From positions 1,050-65,049 of the IMG/VR virus record IMGVR_UViG_3300034149_000113: 64,000 bases of DNA; one strand, written 5' to 3'. Source of the stretch: a virus (lineage: Duplodnaviria > Caudoviricetes). Made by a program: the position numbers and the translations under genes. How positions within the stretch are numbered: position 1 is the stretch's first letter; every line of letters starts with the position of its first letter. The notes beneath the pieces were generated by a model, which ran no database searches, was not told the DNA's origin, and saw only the letters and a program-made list of their open reading frames with translations. Of the stretch, positions 52,167-62,018 are shown in pieces.

Positions 52167-52508
52167 TTAGGCGAATTCGGCGCGAAGCTGGAATTTCAAG
52201 ACATCATAGATGGTTTGCGTTTCCCCGGAAAAATCAATCTCGACTTCGCCTTCATAAGACCCCGGCGGAACATCCAACGTCGTTCCTGGAAAGTTGAACT
52301 GCACCACTCCATCCGCACCACCGTTGGGCTTGGTGCAGATGATCGTAGCCAGCACCGTGGTGCTACCGGCAGCGCGAAAATACACGCGCACGATGTTGGT
52401 GATCCCACTGACGTTGATCGGCTGACCGGTGTTGACGTCGGTCAGCGTCAAGCGCACATAGGGCCGGTTGTCACCGGTGACCAGCGGAATCTTGACCAGC
52501 GTGCCCAT
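52167..52508 (-). CDS. BppU N-terminal-like protein
   Basis: GDNRP...TLTD...P.N, G.V.F, GSYEGEVEI.F. Confidence 0.6.
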   Translation of the reverse strand: MGTLVKIPLVTGDNRPYVRLTLTDVNTGQPINVSGITNIVRVYFRAAGSTTVLATIICTKPNGGADGVVQFNFPGTTLDVPPGSYEGEVEIDFSGETQTIYDVLKFQLRAEFA

Positions 52509-53152
52509 CAGTAAATCCTCCGCAGCCGCACGCTGGTGTTGGCCTGAACCTGCCCTTCGGAGACGTGACTGCGCACGTTCGCCTTATCCGCTGTGAACTG
52601 GCGAGTGTAGGCCATCGCCATCTGCAGGTTGGTGAACGGCTCGTTGGGTATCTGCATCAGCTTGGCTGCCGCGCCACGAACGATTGGCTCGACGTGGCGC
52701 TCCAGCATCAGCTCGTCGGTGCCGGTCGAAGACCGCGTCGGAACGTAGGCGATGATGCCGGTCATCGCGTTCGACTCGCTGACGTCCGGGCAGGGGTACA
52801 GCGTCACCACGTCCGGCGTGTGCTGCGTGTAGAGGTTCGGTGCGCCGCGCGCTCGTCTCCAGTCGCTGCCGCCGGTGTTGACGAGGTAGCCGAGGCTCCT
52901 GCGCTCGATCAGCCGGCCCTTGAAGTACAGCGACAGCACCTGTGCCAGCCGCGTGTTATTCGGCACGTCGATGTCGTAGTCCGCGACGTTGGCCTCGGTG
53001 GCAAACGCATCGAGGCCGATCTGCAAGCACAGCGAGTCGCGCGCGAAGTCGATGCAGGCGTTGCGCAGCGCCTGTATCGCCACTGGCTCCGACGCGTTCG
53101 GCACCAGCGGCAGCAGGTAGGGCAGGAACCGGTCGTAGGGAACAGTGGCCAC
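52508..53152 (-). CDS. Head-tail adaptor / tail tubular protein A-like
   Basis: Position after the capsid gene; ALRNACIDF, LYP.P, PT..S motifs. Confidence 0.6.
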   Translation of the reverse strand: MATVPYDRFLPYLLPLVPNASEPVAIQALRNACIDFARDSLCLQIGLDAFATEANVADYDIDVPNNTRLAQVLSLYFKGRLIERRSLGYLVNTGGSDWRRARGAPNLYTQHTPDVVTLYPCPDVSESNAMTGIIAYVPTRSSTGTDELMLERHVEPIVRGAAAKLMQIPNEPFTNLQMAMAYTRQFTADKANVRSHVSEGQVQANTSVRLRRIY

Positions 53153-53158
53153 GGTGCC

Positions 53159-53851
53159 CTACTTTGCCCGTGGGATGTTGGGGTTGTACCCGCCCAGGTT
53201 CGTGTTGGTAGGGCTGGACACGCTCTCCGCAGCGACCTTGCCGCCGAGCTGCGCCGTCCACATGCTGAGGTACGCCTTGGCCTGCTCGGCATTGGCCGCG
53301 TACTCCGCGTCCTTGCTGTAGGCGCGGAACATGACGTAGTTCAGCAGTGCAGGCGCATAGATGGAATCGAGTGTGATGAGGCCACCCAGCTCCGCGTCAG
53401 TCGGCGCTGCTACGTAGATTGCCTCGACGTAGCCGAACCCGACTGCTGGCTGCGGTGGGTAGACGTAGAACGTCTTCGGATCGAGCGTCGAGTAGACGTA
53501 GTGCTTGACCACAGCGTTTTCCAACGCCGTGGTGTGCCAGTTGGGAATCTGGGTGTCGAGAATTTCCCGACTGACAAGACGTATGGAGTTGCCGACGATG
53601 TCGCCGGTGGTGCCGGCGTTGCGCACGATGTCGATCAGCGACACCGCGTCGTCAGGCAGAATCTGCTTGGTGCCGGGAACGAGCCGCAGCTTTTCGTTTC
53701 TGACGAACGCGTTCGGCTTTGTCGCCGCGATCTCTAGCTGGCCGTCGTTGAGCCACTGCACCAGCTCCGGCAGCGGCCAGCGAACGTGTGTGGGGTCCTG
53801 CAACAGTACCGTTGCGCGATCCAGCAGCGCATCGACTAGATACGTAGCCAT
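53159..53851 (-). CDS. Head-tail connector (DUF6682-like)
   Basis: LQD....RW...ELV.WLNDGQ; L.PGTKQ.LP; FYVYP; YRAYSKD.EY-like motif. Confidence 0.7.
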   Translation of the reverse strand: MATYLVDALLDRATVLLQDPTHVRWPLPELVQWLNDGQLEIAATKPNAFVRNEKLRLVPGTKQILPDDAVSLIDIVRNAGTTGDIVGNSIRLVSREILDTQIPNWHTTALENAVVKHYVYSTLDPKTFYVYPPQPAVGFGYVEAIYVAAPTDAELGGLITLDSIYAPALLNYVMFRAYSKDAEYAANAEQAKAYLSMWTAQLGGKVAAESVSSPTNTNLGGYNPNIPRAK

Positions 53852-53875
53852 GTCAGCTGCTCCAAAGGAATGTCA

Positions 53876-53900
53876 GGGGGCGCATCGTCTGCGCCCCCCG
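53876..53900 (-). terminator. Hairpin after the major capsid gene
   Basis: GGGGGCGCA/TGCGCCCCC stem; weak U-tract. Confidence 0.45.
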
Positions 53901-53923
53901 ATTCTACGCCGACAGTACGCCGA

Positions 53924-54913
53924 TCAACCGGCGACCTGCATCAGCGACACACCTTCGGGCTTGACCACCTTGCGGCCGTAGATCACCAGCCCGCGCACCA
54001 ACTGGCCGAAGTCGGTCGGGTTCGGCAGCGCTTCGGTCTTGTTGATCTGCGAGGCGAAGGTCCACGCCGACTTGTGCCCGGCGTACACCGCGTGGCGCTT
54101 GAGCGCGCTGGCCACCGCGCCGCCGCTGTAGTCCTGGCCCGCCGCCGCCTTCGGCAGCAGGTTGGACACGTACACGTCGAAGCGGTCGATGCGGCCGATG
54201 CGCCCGTTGCGCAGGATGGACGTCGAGTCGCCCATGAACTGCGCCTGCGCCAGGTTGGAGTTCATCAGCAGCTGGCGTTCGTACGGCGTGATGATCAGGA
54301 AGCGGTCCGTCTCCGGCACGTTCTGCTCGTCGAGGATCGACGCCATCGCGGTGATTTGCGCCAGGATGGTGGCCGAGGTCAGCGCCACCGGCGCGAGATC
54401 GGTGCCGAGGTTGTACCCTGCCGAGATGACGCCCGCCGTCGCGCCGACGTTGGCCGCCGCGCAGCCGGTGACCACCGCCTTCAGGCAGTCCGTATCGACG
54501 GCGATCTTGATCTGGTTCGCGGCGTCGGTCGTGAACAGGTCCATCAGGTTCGGCTGCGCCTGGTACTCCAGCACGTCGTTGACGTTGACGCCGAAGTACA
54601 GCCCCTGGTCGATCTGCAGCTCGATGGTGTTCGGCGTCGGCACGTCGTAGGTCAGCGGGGTGCCGATGACGTACGCGCGGATGGCGATGCTCGGGATGTT
54701 GTTGATGATCACCTTGTCGCCCTGCGACTTGATGTCACCTTCCCAGTTGGTGTTGCTGACGTCGGCGAACGTCGAGGCGGCGTAGAACTTGACGTTGAGC
54801 TTGGACGACCAGACGGTCGGGATGAAGGTTCCCGAGTACGACGGCGTCGTCGCAAAGCCGGTCGGGGGCGCGCCTGTTACTGCATAGACCGGTGCGGCGG
54901 TGATGGTTGCCAT
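53924..54913 (-). CDS. Major capsid protein (HK97 fold, P22/N4-gp56-like)
   Basis: FIPTVWS.KL, EGDIK.QGD.V.I, L.EQNVP..DRF, G.IGRIDRFDVY.SN, FG.LVRGL.IYG.KV; downstream of the scaffold. Confidence 0.88.
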   Translation of the reverse strand: MATITAAPVYAVTGAPPTGFATTPSYSGTFIPTVWSSKLNVKFYAASTFADVSNTNWEGDIKSQGDKVIINNIPSIAIRAYVIGTPLTYDVPTPNTIELQIDQGLYFGVNVNDVLEYQAQPNLMDLFTTDAANQIKIAVDTDCLKAVVTGCAAANVGATAGVISAGYNLGTDLAPVALTSATILAQITAMASILDEQNVPETDRFLIITPYERQLLMNSNLAQAQFMGDSTSILRNGRIGRIDRFDVYVSNLLPKAAAGQDYSGGAVASALKRHAVYAGHKSAWTFASQINKTEALPNPTDFGQLVRGLVIYGRKVVKPEGVSLMQVAG

Positions 54914-54942
54914 GCTGCGATGCTCCTTTCAGGAGCCGCGCG

Positions 54943-55917
54943 TCATGGCCGTAGTCGGCCCTCCATCAGCGCGGCGTTCAACTCGTTTTCGATCTGCGTG
55001 GCTTCAGCGTACTGGCCCTGCTTGTTCAGCCGGACCACTCGCATCGACTCCTGCTCGTACTCAGCGGACGTGTAGACCCGCTTCGCATCGGTAGGGACCG
55101 GTGCTGCCGAGGCCGCGCGCGGCGGCGATACTTGGCGAGACAAGGCGGCACGGGCAGGCGGGGCAGGGCGGGGGGTAGGCGCGGGTTGCTTCGACCCGTG
55201 CGCGGCGAAGAAGGCCGTGAAGACCTCTGCGGCACGCTCGGCGTTGAACTCCCCGGCAGCATCGACCAGCACGTCGTTCCAGGTGAACGTGGCTCCAGGC
55301 ATCCGGGACGCCAGCCACTGCTGACACTCCGGCGTCGCCTGCACCTGTTCCCAGTTCGGCACGGCAGTCTCCAGCTTGGCGAAGAACGTCTCGCGGCTGG
55401 TCTGCTGCTGAGTCTGCTGCACTTCTCCCACTTGCTGCTTGACCTGGGTCTCCAGCGCTGCGATGCGACCGATGTACTGCGCTTCACGCGTGCCGAACTC
55501 CTCACGCGCCACGCGCCGTGCCATGTCGATCAGATCGCTGCCGAAGGCTTCCGTGTCCTGCTCGGTGACCAGTGCCGTGGGGGCTGCCGGAGGAGTTTCC
55601 CGCTGCCTGGCTTGCGCCAGCTCGGCGAGTTGATCCTTGAGAGTGGCGACCTGCGCGTGCAGGTTGCGCGTCTCCTGCGCGAACATCCCTTGCAGGGTGC
55701 GGTAGCGCTGCTCCCACTGCTGGGCGTCGGACGGCGGCTCCGGTGGTGCTGGAGTCGGGCTGGCGGGGGCACTGACCGGCGGGGTCGGCGCGACTTCGGG
55801 TGGAGTCTCGGGAGTTCCGGCATTTGCAGCTTCGCTTGCTTCCACTACTGCGACTTGCTGCTTGTCGAACTCGGCAATGGCTTCAGCCTGCCGCTGGACC
55901 TGCTTGGGTAGCGCCAT
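54943..55917 (-). CDS. Scaffolding protein
   Basis: WEQRYRTLQGM coiled coil; Pro/Ala linkers; between portal and capsid. Confidence 0.75.
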   Translation of the reverse strand: MALPKQVQRQAEAIAEFDKQQVAVVEASEAANAGTPETPPEVAPTPPVSAPASPTPAPPEPPSDAQQWEQRYRTLQGMFAQETRNLHAQVATLKDQLAELAQARQRETPPAAPTALVTEQDTEAFGSDLIDMARRVAREEFGTREAQYIGRIAALETQVKQQVGEVQQTQQQTSRETFFAKLETAVPNWEQVQATPECQQWLASRMPGATFTWNDVLVDAAGEFNAERAAEVFTAFFAAHGSKQPAPTPRPAPPARAALSRQVSPPRAASAAPVPTDAKRVYTSAEYEQESMRVVRLNKQGQYAEATQIENELNAALMEGRLRP

Positions 55918-55961
55918 GTGTCCTTCTCGCCTTTCCCCGTTGCGGGGTTTGGGCCGTTCGT

Positions 55962-56159
55962 TTACGAGCGAAACGCTTCCAACAACTCTGCCAGCAGTGC
56001 CGCCTTGCCTTGCAGGCGTGGCAGCTGCTCTACCGGCGCGGTCATCAGCAGGGCCGTCGTTGCGTTCAGCTCTGCGCCCCAGTGCTGGAGCAGCTGCTGA
56101 CCGTCAGCGGTCTTCCCTACGCGCTTGTACGTTTCCAGTGTAGTGCTGTCGATCCGCAC
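55962..56159 (-). CDS. Small conserved head-module protein
   Basis: RLQGKA..L.ELL pattern; follows the portal. Confidence 0.6.
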   Translation of the reverse strand: MRIDSTTLETYKRVGKTADGQQLLQHWGAELNATTALLMTAPVEQLPRLQGKAALLAELLEAFRS

Positions 56160-56162
56160 AAG

Positions 56163-56408
56163 TCAACTTCCTTTCTCGACCCCCTTGCAGGTCTTGTACT
56201 CGGGGCCGTAGTGCTCGGCGTTCCAGAACTTGCCCTTCTGGTCCGCTGACGCCCCGGCCTTGGCCATGGTCGTCGTCGGCGCGCTGACCTGGCCGTACTC
56301 GGTGCCGTGGCCGTTGCGCACCGACAGCGAGCCCATCGCCTTCAGCTGGCCGATGTTCTTCACGGCGGGCTTGCCGACCGGTGTCGTTTCCATTGGCATC
56401 TTGTCCAT
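56163..56408 (-). CDS. Hypothetical protein
   Basis: AAGGAG SD; start reassigned to MDKMPME. Confidence 0.65.
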   Translation of the reverse strand: MDKMPMETTPVGKPAVKNIGQLKAMGSLSVRNGHGTEYGQVSAPTTTMAKAGASADQKGKFWNAEHYGPEYKTCKGVEKGS

Positions 56409-56418
56409 GTGCTGCTCC

Positions 56419-58722
56419 TTACGGGTTGGGTGACGGCGAGAAGTGGTCCGTTGTGGGCGCGAGGTTGTCGAGCGTCTGCCGGTTGCGCACCGGCCGGGGT
56501 GGGTTCGCGCCGGAACCCGGCGGGCCCATTGAAGCACCTTCAGCGCCCTGCTGCAACTCCGGTGGCGGCGGCGGTGCCATCTGCTGCTGGCGAATCGCCA
56601 TCTGCTTGGCGAGCGAGGTCTTGAACGCCGGCGGCACCACGTCGTCGGGATTCATGTCGAGCGTTTTGGCCGCTTCGCGCAGCAGCGCCGAAATGCCGTC
56701 CTGGCCGATGACCTGCATGAACGCCGGGTTGGACCCGATGACGCTCAGGAACTCGTTGCGCCGCACCTGCGCGCTCTCCTTGGCCACCACGCTCGCCGCG
56801 CCGCGCGCGACGACCTGCACGTCGCCCTTGAGTCCGGGATCGTCGGAGAACTTCATGTTGTAGTAGTACAGCCGCTCCAGCATCGGCGTGATCACCGAGT
56901 GGTCAATGTTGCCCACCACCTGCTTCATCGACTTGTTGGCGTTGGTCATCAGCATCGACATGCCGGACGCGGTGCGCCCCGCGCCGCCGGCCGGCGAATC
57001 GCCGGTCATGTAGCGCGGGATGGCGCTGTACTCGTCGGCGAGCACGGCGAACTTCTCGTAGATTTGCATCAGCTCGCCGGCGATGCTCTGCGGCTGGAAG
57101 AAGTGCACCGCGTCGGCGGTGCTGCCCATCGGGTCGCAGGTGTGCTGCCAGATTTTCCACGGGAACATCGACTCGATGTCCTCGCCCGGCGGCAGCCGCT
57201 CGACGTTGACCGCGACCTGCGGCCCGGACGCGATGCCGGTGTTGTTGGCGATGGCGCGCCCGGCCGCGTTGCACATGTCCTGGCAGTCGCGCACCAGGTC
57301 GCACACCGAGTTGCCCCAGAAGCAGCCGGGGATGTCCTCGTACGAAGCCTTGTAGTACGGCTTGCGGCCCAGCGGGTCGGCGTTGAGCACCGCCTTGATC
57401 ACCCAGCGGCCGATGAGCCAGCACTCGGCCGGGTAGTTCTTGGCGGTGTCCGGCACCTCGTCTTCCTTCAACCCCCAGTCGCGCAGCATCTGCCCGCTCA
57501 CCATGCCCCAGAACTGCAGCGCGTCGATGGTGTGCTCGGGGTTCTGCATGATCTGCGTGGTCGACTTGCCCTCGGCGCTGGCCTTACTGCTGTCGACGAT
57601 CAGCCACTCCTGCATGCCGCCGCGCCCGTAGTCCTCCAGCACGCCGCGTATGGCCCCTTCGTCGTAGCCGGGCACGCCGATGAGCGCTTCGAGGTCTTGC
57701 TGTCTGAGCTTGTGGCGCTCGATGAAGTAACCGTCATCGACGCCGGCGGATGTCGGCGACGGGTAGGCCATCAACGGGTCAACGCGTTCCCACTCAAGGC
57801 TCAACGTCTCCTTGAGCACCGGCTCCCAACCCTGCTGCGCCACCGGCGCGCCGGACGCCGTGCCCGGTGGCGCGATGGCGGGCGGCGCGGCGGGCGTCTG
57901 CTCCCACGTCATCTTCAACCGGTTGCGGATCACCGGCCCCTTGAGGATGGCAGCGGGGAATGTCGTGAGGTCGTCGATGAAGGCGTCCAGTGCGTCGGGG
58001 AAGTCGCCCTCGACCATCTGGTCCTCCATCTTGCGCTCCATGTTGTCGGTCTTGCGCCGCGCCTCTTCGTAGAGGTCGTTGTAGAACTCTTCGCGCAACC
58101 CGGCCAGGAACTTGCGCAGCTCGGTCGGCGGCACCTGCTCGCCGGTGATCTGCATGTACAGCGACAGCTCGTCGATGGCGCGCTGCCTCAGCTCGGCCAT
58201 GATGTCCGGCGGCAGTGTGGGCTGCGGCGTGGGCTTCAGCGTCCACGGCTTCTCGGTGCCGCTGCCCAGCAGCACGTCGCGCAGCCAGGCCGCAGCACCG
58301 CGACACTTCGCGCTCGTCAGCTGCAGATAAATCTCGGAGCCGCCCTGCTGGCGGATAACCGCGAGGCGGTCGGGCTCGTACTCGCCCCGGCGCTGGCGGA
58401 TGGACTTGAACATGCGCAGCTCCACCGTCTGCTCGCGCGCGGTGCGGGCCATGGTCCAGCACTGGCGAACGTGGCCGGCAAGGCCCTGGATCACCGGCTG
58501 CTGCTGGGCGGTGTCGGCGGCGCGTTTGGCCTCTTCGGCGGCGACCAGCGCCGCGCCGGCGAGCTGCAGGATGCCCCCGACCATGGTCGGCGCGGTGGGC
58601 TGCTGTGTCAGCGACGGCGCGGTCGGCAGCTGCGGCATGGTCCCCGGCATGCCCGGCAGCGGCGGCATGCCACCCATGGGTGGCGGCACGGTGGTGCGCG
58701 GCGGCAGCGGCAGGCCTAGCAT
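56419..58722 (-). CDS. Portal protein
   Basis: 767 aa following TerL; conserved portal-like core; Pro/Gly/Met-rich termini. Confidence 0.85.
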   Translation of the reverse strand: MLGLPLPPRTTVPPPMGGMPPLPGMPGTMPQLPTAPSLTQQPTAPTMVGGILQLAGAALVAAEEAKRAADTAQQQPVIQGLAGHVRQCWTMARTAREQTVELRMFKSIRQRRGEYEPDRLAVIRQQGGSEIYLQLTSAKCRGAAAWLRDVLLGSGTEKPWTLKPTPQPTLPPDIMAELRQRAIDELSLYMQITGEQVPPTELRKFLAGLREEFYNDLYEEARRKTDNMERKMEDQMVEGDFPDALDAFIDDLTTFPAAILKGPVIRNRLKMTWEQTPAAPPAIAPPGTASGAPVAQQGWEPVLKETLSLEWERVDPLMAYPSPTSAGVDDGYFIERHKLRQQDLEALIGVPGYDEGAIRGVLEDYGRGGMQEWLIVDSSKASAEGKSTTQIMQNPEHTIDALQFWGMVSGQMLRDWGLKEDEVPDTAKNYPAECWLIGRWVIKAVLNADPLGRKPYYKASYEDIPGCFWGNSVCDLVRDCQDMCNAAGRAIANNTGIASGPQVAVNVERLPPGEDIESMFPWKIWQHTCDPMGSTADAVHFFQPQSIAGELMQIYEKFAVLADEYSAIPRYMTGDSPAGGAGRTASGMSMLMTNANKSMKQVVGNIDHSVITPMLERLYYYNMKFSDDPGLKGDVQVVARGAASVVAKESAQVRRNEFLSVIGSNPAFMQVIGQDGISALLREAAKTLDMNPDDVVPPAFKTSLAKQMAIRQQQMAPPPPPELQQGAEGASMGPPGSGANPPRPVRNRQTLDNLAPTTDHFSPSPNP

Positions 58723-58744
58723 GGTCGTTCTCCTCGTAGCGACG

Positions 58745-60235
58745 TCAGTTGTAGCAGTAGGTGGCCGGGCGAATCTTACGCGCCGGCGCGGTCAGCTTGC
58801 CCCCGCCCACCAGCCCGTGGTCGGCGTGCAGGCATAGGTACTGGAACGAGTCGGCGACGTTGGACGCCATGTCCTTCTTCGGCAGCGGCGCGACGTCGCC
58901 CTTCTTGCTGACCTCGTAGTGGTAGCGCCCGCGCAGCGCGCCGATGAGGTCCTTGCAGCCCTGCGGGTCGAACAGCACCGCCGGCCCGCCGTCGATCTGC
59001 CGGGTCAGGAAATTGTCCACCGCGCCGATGCGCGTGGCGATCATGTTGGAGCGCGCCGCGATGATGCGGAAACCTTCCCGACGAAAAATGTCGAAGACAC
59101 TTCTTTCGTCGGACTGCGCGCGCTGCTGCCCGGCCGGGTCGCCGATGACAATCTGTGGAATGCCTGGGAACTTGGTGGCCAACAGCGGCTTCAATTTTTC
59201 CCTGATGAACCTCTGCGCGCCCATGTCGGAGGTGGCGAGCGAGGCGAAGGTGAGCAGGCGGCCACGGGGGTCGAGCTGGCCGATGCTGGCAGCGGGCTTC
59301 AGGCCGAAGTCACAGCCGATGAGCAGCGGGTAGCTCCCGGCTTCGAGGATGCCCGCTTTCCACATTTTGGCGTTGATGGGCTGCAGCGGCTGCTTGGAGA
59401 CGTGGAAGTCGGGACGGAAGGAGCGGTGCACCGGCTGCCCGGCGAGCGAGCGGCCGAACTGGGCGTTGATGTAGACGTCGATCCACTCCTGCGTCTTGCC
59501 CTCGGCCAGGTTGGCGTAGTAGTCGGTGGGCAGGTAGTGCAGCCAGTCGGCGCGCTCGTCGAAGCCGCCGGGCTGGAAGAAGCAGGAGACGTTGGACGGC
59601 GGGTCGGTGAGCAGCGTCTCCCAGTAGCTGTCCATGTCCGGCGGGTTGCTCATTCCCCATAGGTGCTTGTTGGGCGTGCCGTCGTCGCAGACGCAGCCCG
59701 CGACAGGATTGCCCTTACTGTCAACGCCCCACTCGGCGCGATGCGGCACCAGCATGGAGTCCGGGTAGCGCCCGAGGCGGCCCTGCATCACCTCGAAGAT
59801 GTCGGGCATGATCTCGCGGAACTCGTCGAAGATGGCGAACGACGCTTGCAGCGAGAGCAGCCGGCGCACGTCGTTGGCGTCATCAAGTCCACGGAACAGC
59901 ACCTCGCACTCCACCGGGCGCTTGTCGCTGCCGATGAAGCGCAGCGCGAACTTGGAGTCGGTCTTGGTGTACAGCCCCGCCTCACCATCCGGGAACCACT
60001 TGAGGAAGTCGGGGATGCTGGTGTCGCGCAGCATCGGCGTGGAGTTGCGCACCCACACTGCCCTGCTGCGCCGCACGCCGTCACGACAGGGAGCCATCAG
60101 CCCGGCGTGGTAGGCGATTTTCATCAACCCGGCCGTAGTCTTGGTCGAGCCCATCGGCCCGACGATCAGGCTGATGAAAGCGCGGCTGGCGAGGAACGGC
60201 TCGACCGACTCAGGCGGGAAGTACTGCAGAGTCAT
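58745..60235 (-). CDS. terL: Terminase large subunit
   Basis: Walker A GPMGSTKT; Walker B FDEFRE; nuclease DFG, DPAG, D..QY. Confidence 0.92.
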   Translation of the reverse strand: MTLQYFPPESVEPFLASRAFISLIVGPMGSTKTTAGLMKIAYHAGLMAPCRDGVRRSRAVWVRNSTPMLRDTSIPDFLKWFPDGEAGLYTKTDSKFALRFIGSDKRPVECEVLFRGLDDANDVRRLLSLQASFAIFDEFREIMPDIFEVMQGRLGRYPDSMLVPHRAEWGVDSKGNPVAGCVCDDGTPNKHLWGMSNPPDMDSYWETLLTDPPSNVSCFFQPGGFDERADWLHYLPTDYYANLAEGKTQEWIDVYINAQFGRSLAGQPVHRSFRPDFHVSKQPLQPINAKMWKAGILEAGSYPLLIGCDFGLKPAASIGQLDPRGRLLTFASLATSDMGAQRFIREKLKPLLATKFPGIPQIVIGDPAGQQRAQSDERSVFDIFRREGFRIIAARSNMIATRIGAVDNFLTRQIDGGPAVLFDPQGCKDLIGALRGRYHYEVSKKGDVAPLPKKDMASNVADSFQYLCLHADHGLVGGGKLTAPARKIRPATYCYN

Positions 60236-60713
60236 GGTCGATGGTCAGCGGCGCGGCGGGTCGGCTCTGCGGGACCGGCGGCGGCGAGGAGAAGTTGATG
60301 GAGATGCTGAAGCCGTTGCCCTGGGCCGCCGCGTTGAAGTTGGGCTTGGGCTCGACGTCGCCGAGTTTGGCCGCGAGGCGGATGAAGTCCATCTTCTGCG
60401 GCAGCGTGGCGTCGTGGCCGCACACCGCCAGGTAGGCGCGCTGCAGCACGTCCTCGGCCATGAAGGCGCTCTTTATGCGCAGCGTGACGCCGGTTTGCTG
60501 CAGCTCGGTGCGCTTGGCTTCGAGTGCGGCCTGCCACGGCGGCCAGTTGGAGAGCGCGGCGAACTCTTCCTCGTTGAAGCCGTAGCGCTGGGCGATGTCG
60601 AGCGGCTCTTCCAGCCCGGTGGCGATCTGCAGCAGCATCTCCGGGTTGATGTCGACCGCCTGCTTGGCCGGCGGGTCGTGCGGCAGGATGTCGAGGATGT
60701 CGAGCACGGCCAT
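60210..60713 (-). CDS. Putative terminase small subunit
   Basis: Immediately upstream of TerL; N-terminal HTH-like (DIAQRYGF), C-terminal FSISINFS. Confidence 0.55.
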   Translation of the reverse strand: MAVLDILDILPHDPPAKQAVDINPEMLLQIATGLEEPLDIAQRYGFNEEEFAALSNWPPWQAALEAKRTELQQTGVTLRIKSAFMAEDVLQRAYLAVCGHDATLPQKMDFIRLAAKLGDVEPKPNFNAAAQGNGFSISINFSSPPPVPQSRPAAPLTIDHDSAVLPA

Positions 60714-60721
60714 GGCGACGG

Positions 60722-61138
60722 CTACTTGTGGTCGGCCTTGGGGTCGTCGATGTCGTAGACCGCGAGCGTGATGCGGTTGGACTCGGTGACATCGACGACG
60801 GCGTGCTCGCCCTGCTTGAGGATCAGCTCGGCGAAGTCGCTCCCGGCGTAGCGGCGCAGCAGCACGTCGCCATCGACGGCGGTGACGTCGAGCGTGCCTT
60901 CGCGCTTGGTGATCGGCTCGCTGGTGGCGACACCGGCGGCGGGCGCGCCGAGGTCTTCCTTCATCTTGTCGAACATCAGCCCGAGCACTCCGGCGACGTC
61001 GGCCATCTTCGGCTCGCAGTCGGGACCAACTTCGAGGTCGATGCTCTGGCCCGCTTTCATGACGTGGCCGTCGTGCTGCTGGCCGAACGGATAGACGTTG
61101 GCCACGCCGGCGGTCACTGCGATGCTGAACTTCGCCAT
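60722..61138 (-). CDS. Hypothetical protein with two similar beta-rich halves
   Basis: GAGGAG SD; ...MKAGQSIDLEV / ...LKQGEHAVVDV. Confidence 0.65.
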   Translation of the reverse strand: MAKFSIAVTAGVANVYPFGQQHDGHVMKAGQSIDLEVGPDCEPKMADVAGVLGLMFDKMKEDLGAPAAGVATSEPITKREGTLDVTAVDGDVLLRRYAGSDFAELILKQGEHAVVDVTESNRITLAVYDIDDPKADHK

Positions 61139-61154
61139 GTCGGTTCTCCTCTAG

Positions 61155-61391
61155 TCAGAAACTGGTGGGTTGGGCCACGGAGCGCACCAGCGCCATGATG
61201 CCCTGCTGCAGGTGGGTTGCGCCGATGCTCACCCAGCGCTGGTCGAACTGCTTGGGGTCGCTGGCCGCGCGCAGGGCGGCCACCAGAGTGCCCAGGCCGT
61301 CGCCCGCCGCCTTGATCTGGTTGATCAGCTCGGCTTCATCGGGGTTGAGCTGGCGGTAGCCGGTGATTTTCGGTTGGATGAAAGTGTCCAC
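61155..61391 (-). CDS. acb2: Anti-CBASS Acb2-like cyclic-oligonucleotide sponge
   Basis: KITGYRQLNPDEAELINQIK...RWVSIGATHLQQGIMALVRSVAQPTSF matches the Acb2 pattern (I.GYR.L...E...MN.IK / RW..I..T..Q.G.M...R..AQP..F); GTG start after AAAAGG. Confidence 0.85.
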   Translation of the reverse strand: MDTFIQPKITGYRQLNPDEAELINQIKAAGDGLGTLVAALRAASDPKQFDQRWVSIGATHLQQGIMALVRSVAQPTSF

Positions 61392-61440
61392 GGGGCCTTT
61401 TGGTTGGGGGTCGGAGGACGTGAGGTGCACATAGTGCACC

Positions 61441-61845
61441 TCACGGCTTGGCGTTGTCTACCAGGCGGCACCCCTTGGCTCGGTTCTCGGCGTCCGTCAT
61501 GACCTGCAGGTTGTGCTCGTTGTGCAGGCCGGAGACGAGCTTCGAGCGCAGCGGCACGATGTGGTCGACCACCCACTTAACGCCAGTGGCCACGGTCAGG
61601 CGGGCGGCGTTGCGGTAGTGCTCGGCAATAGCGTCAGCGTTGGCCCACGAACAGGTGGCGTGCGGGTAGTAGCGCCGCATCCGCTCAAGCGCGGAGTTGG
61701 CGTTGCTGTACACCCGCTGCTCGATTGGGTCCTTCGGTGTTCCTGCCGGTAGGCGCGCGGGGGGCAGAGCGTCGAAGTCGGCTTGGTCGACGGTGAAACT
61801 CGGTTCGTCGAAATCGAAGCGGAGATCGTCGTCGAACTCCATCAT
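61441..61845 (-). CDS. HNH endonuclease
   Basis: VDHIVPL...VSGLH..HNLQV....NRAKG. Confidence 0.85.
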   Translation of the reverse strand: MMEFDDDLRFDFDEPSFTVDQADFDALPPARLPAGTPKDPIEQRVYSNANSALERMRRYYPHATCSWANADAIAEHYRNAARLTVATGVKWVVDHIVPLRSKLVSGLHNEHNLQVMTDAENRAKGCRLVDNAKP

Positions 61846-62018
61846 TCACCACGCACGGACAGCGAGTTGTTTTTCAACGCGTTGGCCAACTTCGCCGTCG
61901 CCAGCCGAATCAATGCGCCGACCGAGGTCTGCCTTTCCTTCGCCTCTACCTGCAAAAGGGTCAGCGTCTCTTTGTCGATGAGGAAGTTGTAACGGACTTT
62001 GGTGCTCGGCTCTTTCAT
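61842..62018 (-). CDS. Ribbon-helix-helix DNA-binding protein
   Basis: GAGG SD; KVRYNFLIDKETLTLLQVEAKERQTSVGALIRLA fits the CopG/Arc RHH pattern. Confidence 0.7.
   Translation of the reverse strand: MKEPSTKVRYNFLIDKETLTLLQVEAKERQTSVGALIRLATAKLANALKNNSLSVRGE

Noticed and set aside
56899-58719. 606-aa + strand ORF opposite the portal, and similar shadows (19079..20719, 9863..11218, 53870..55075)
   Set aside because: Fully antisense to well-supported genes
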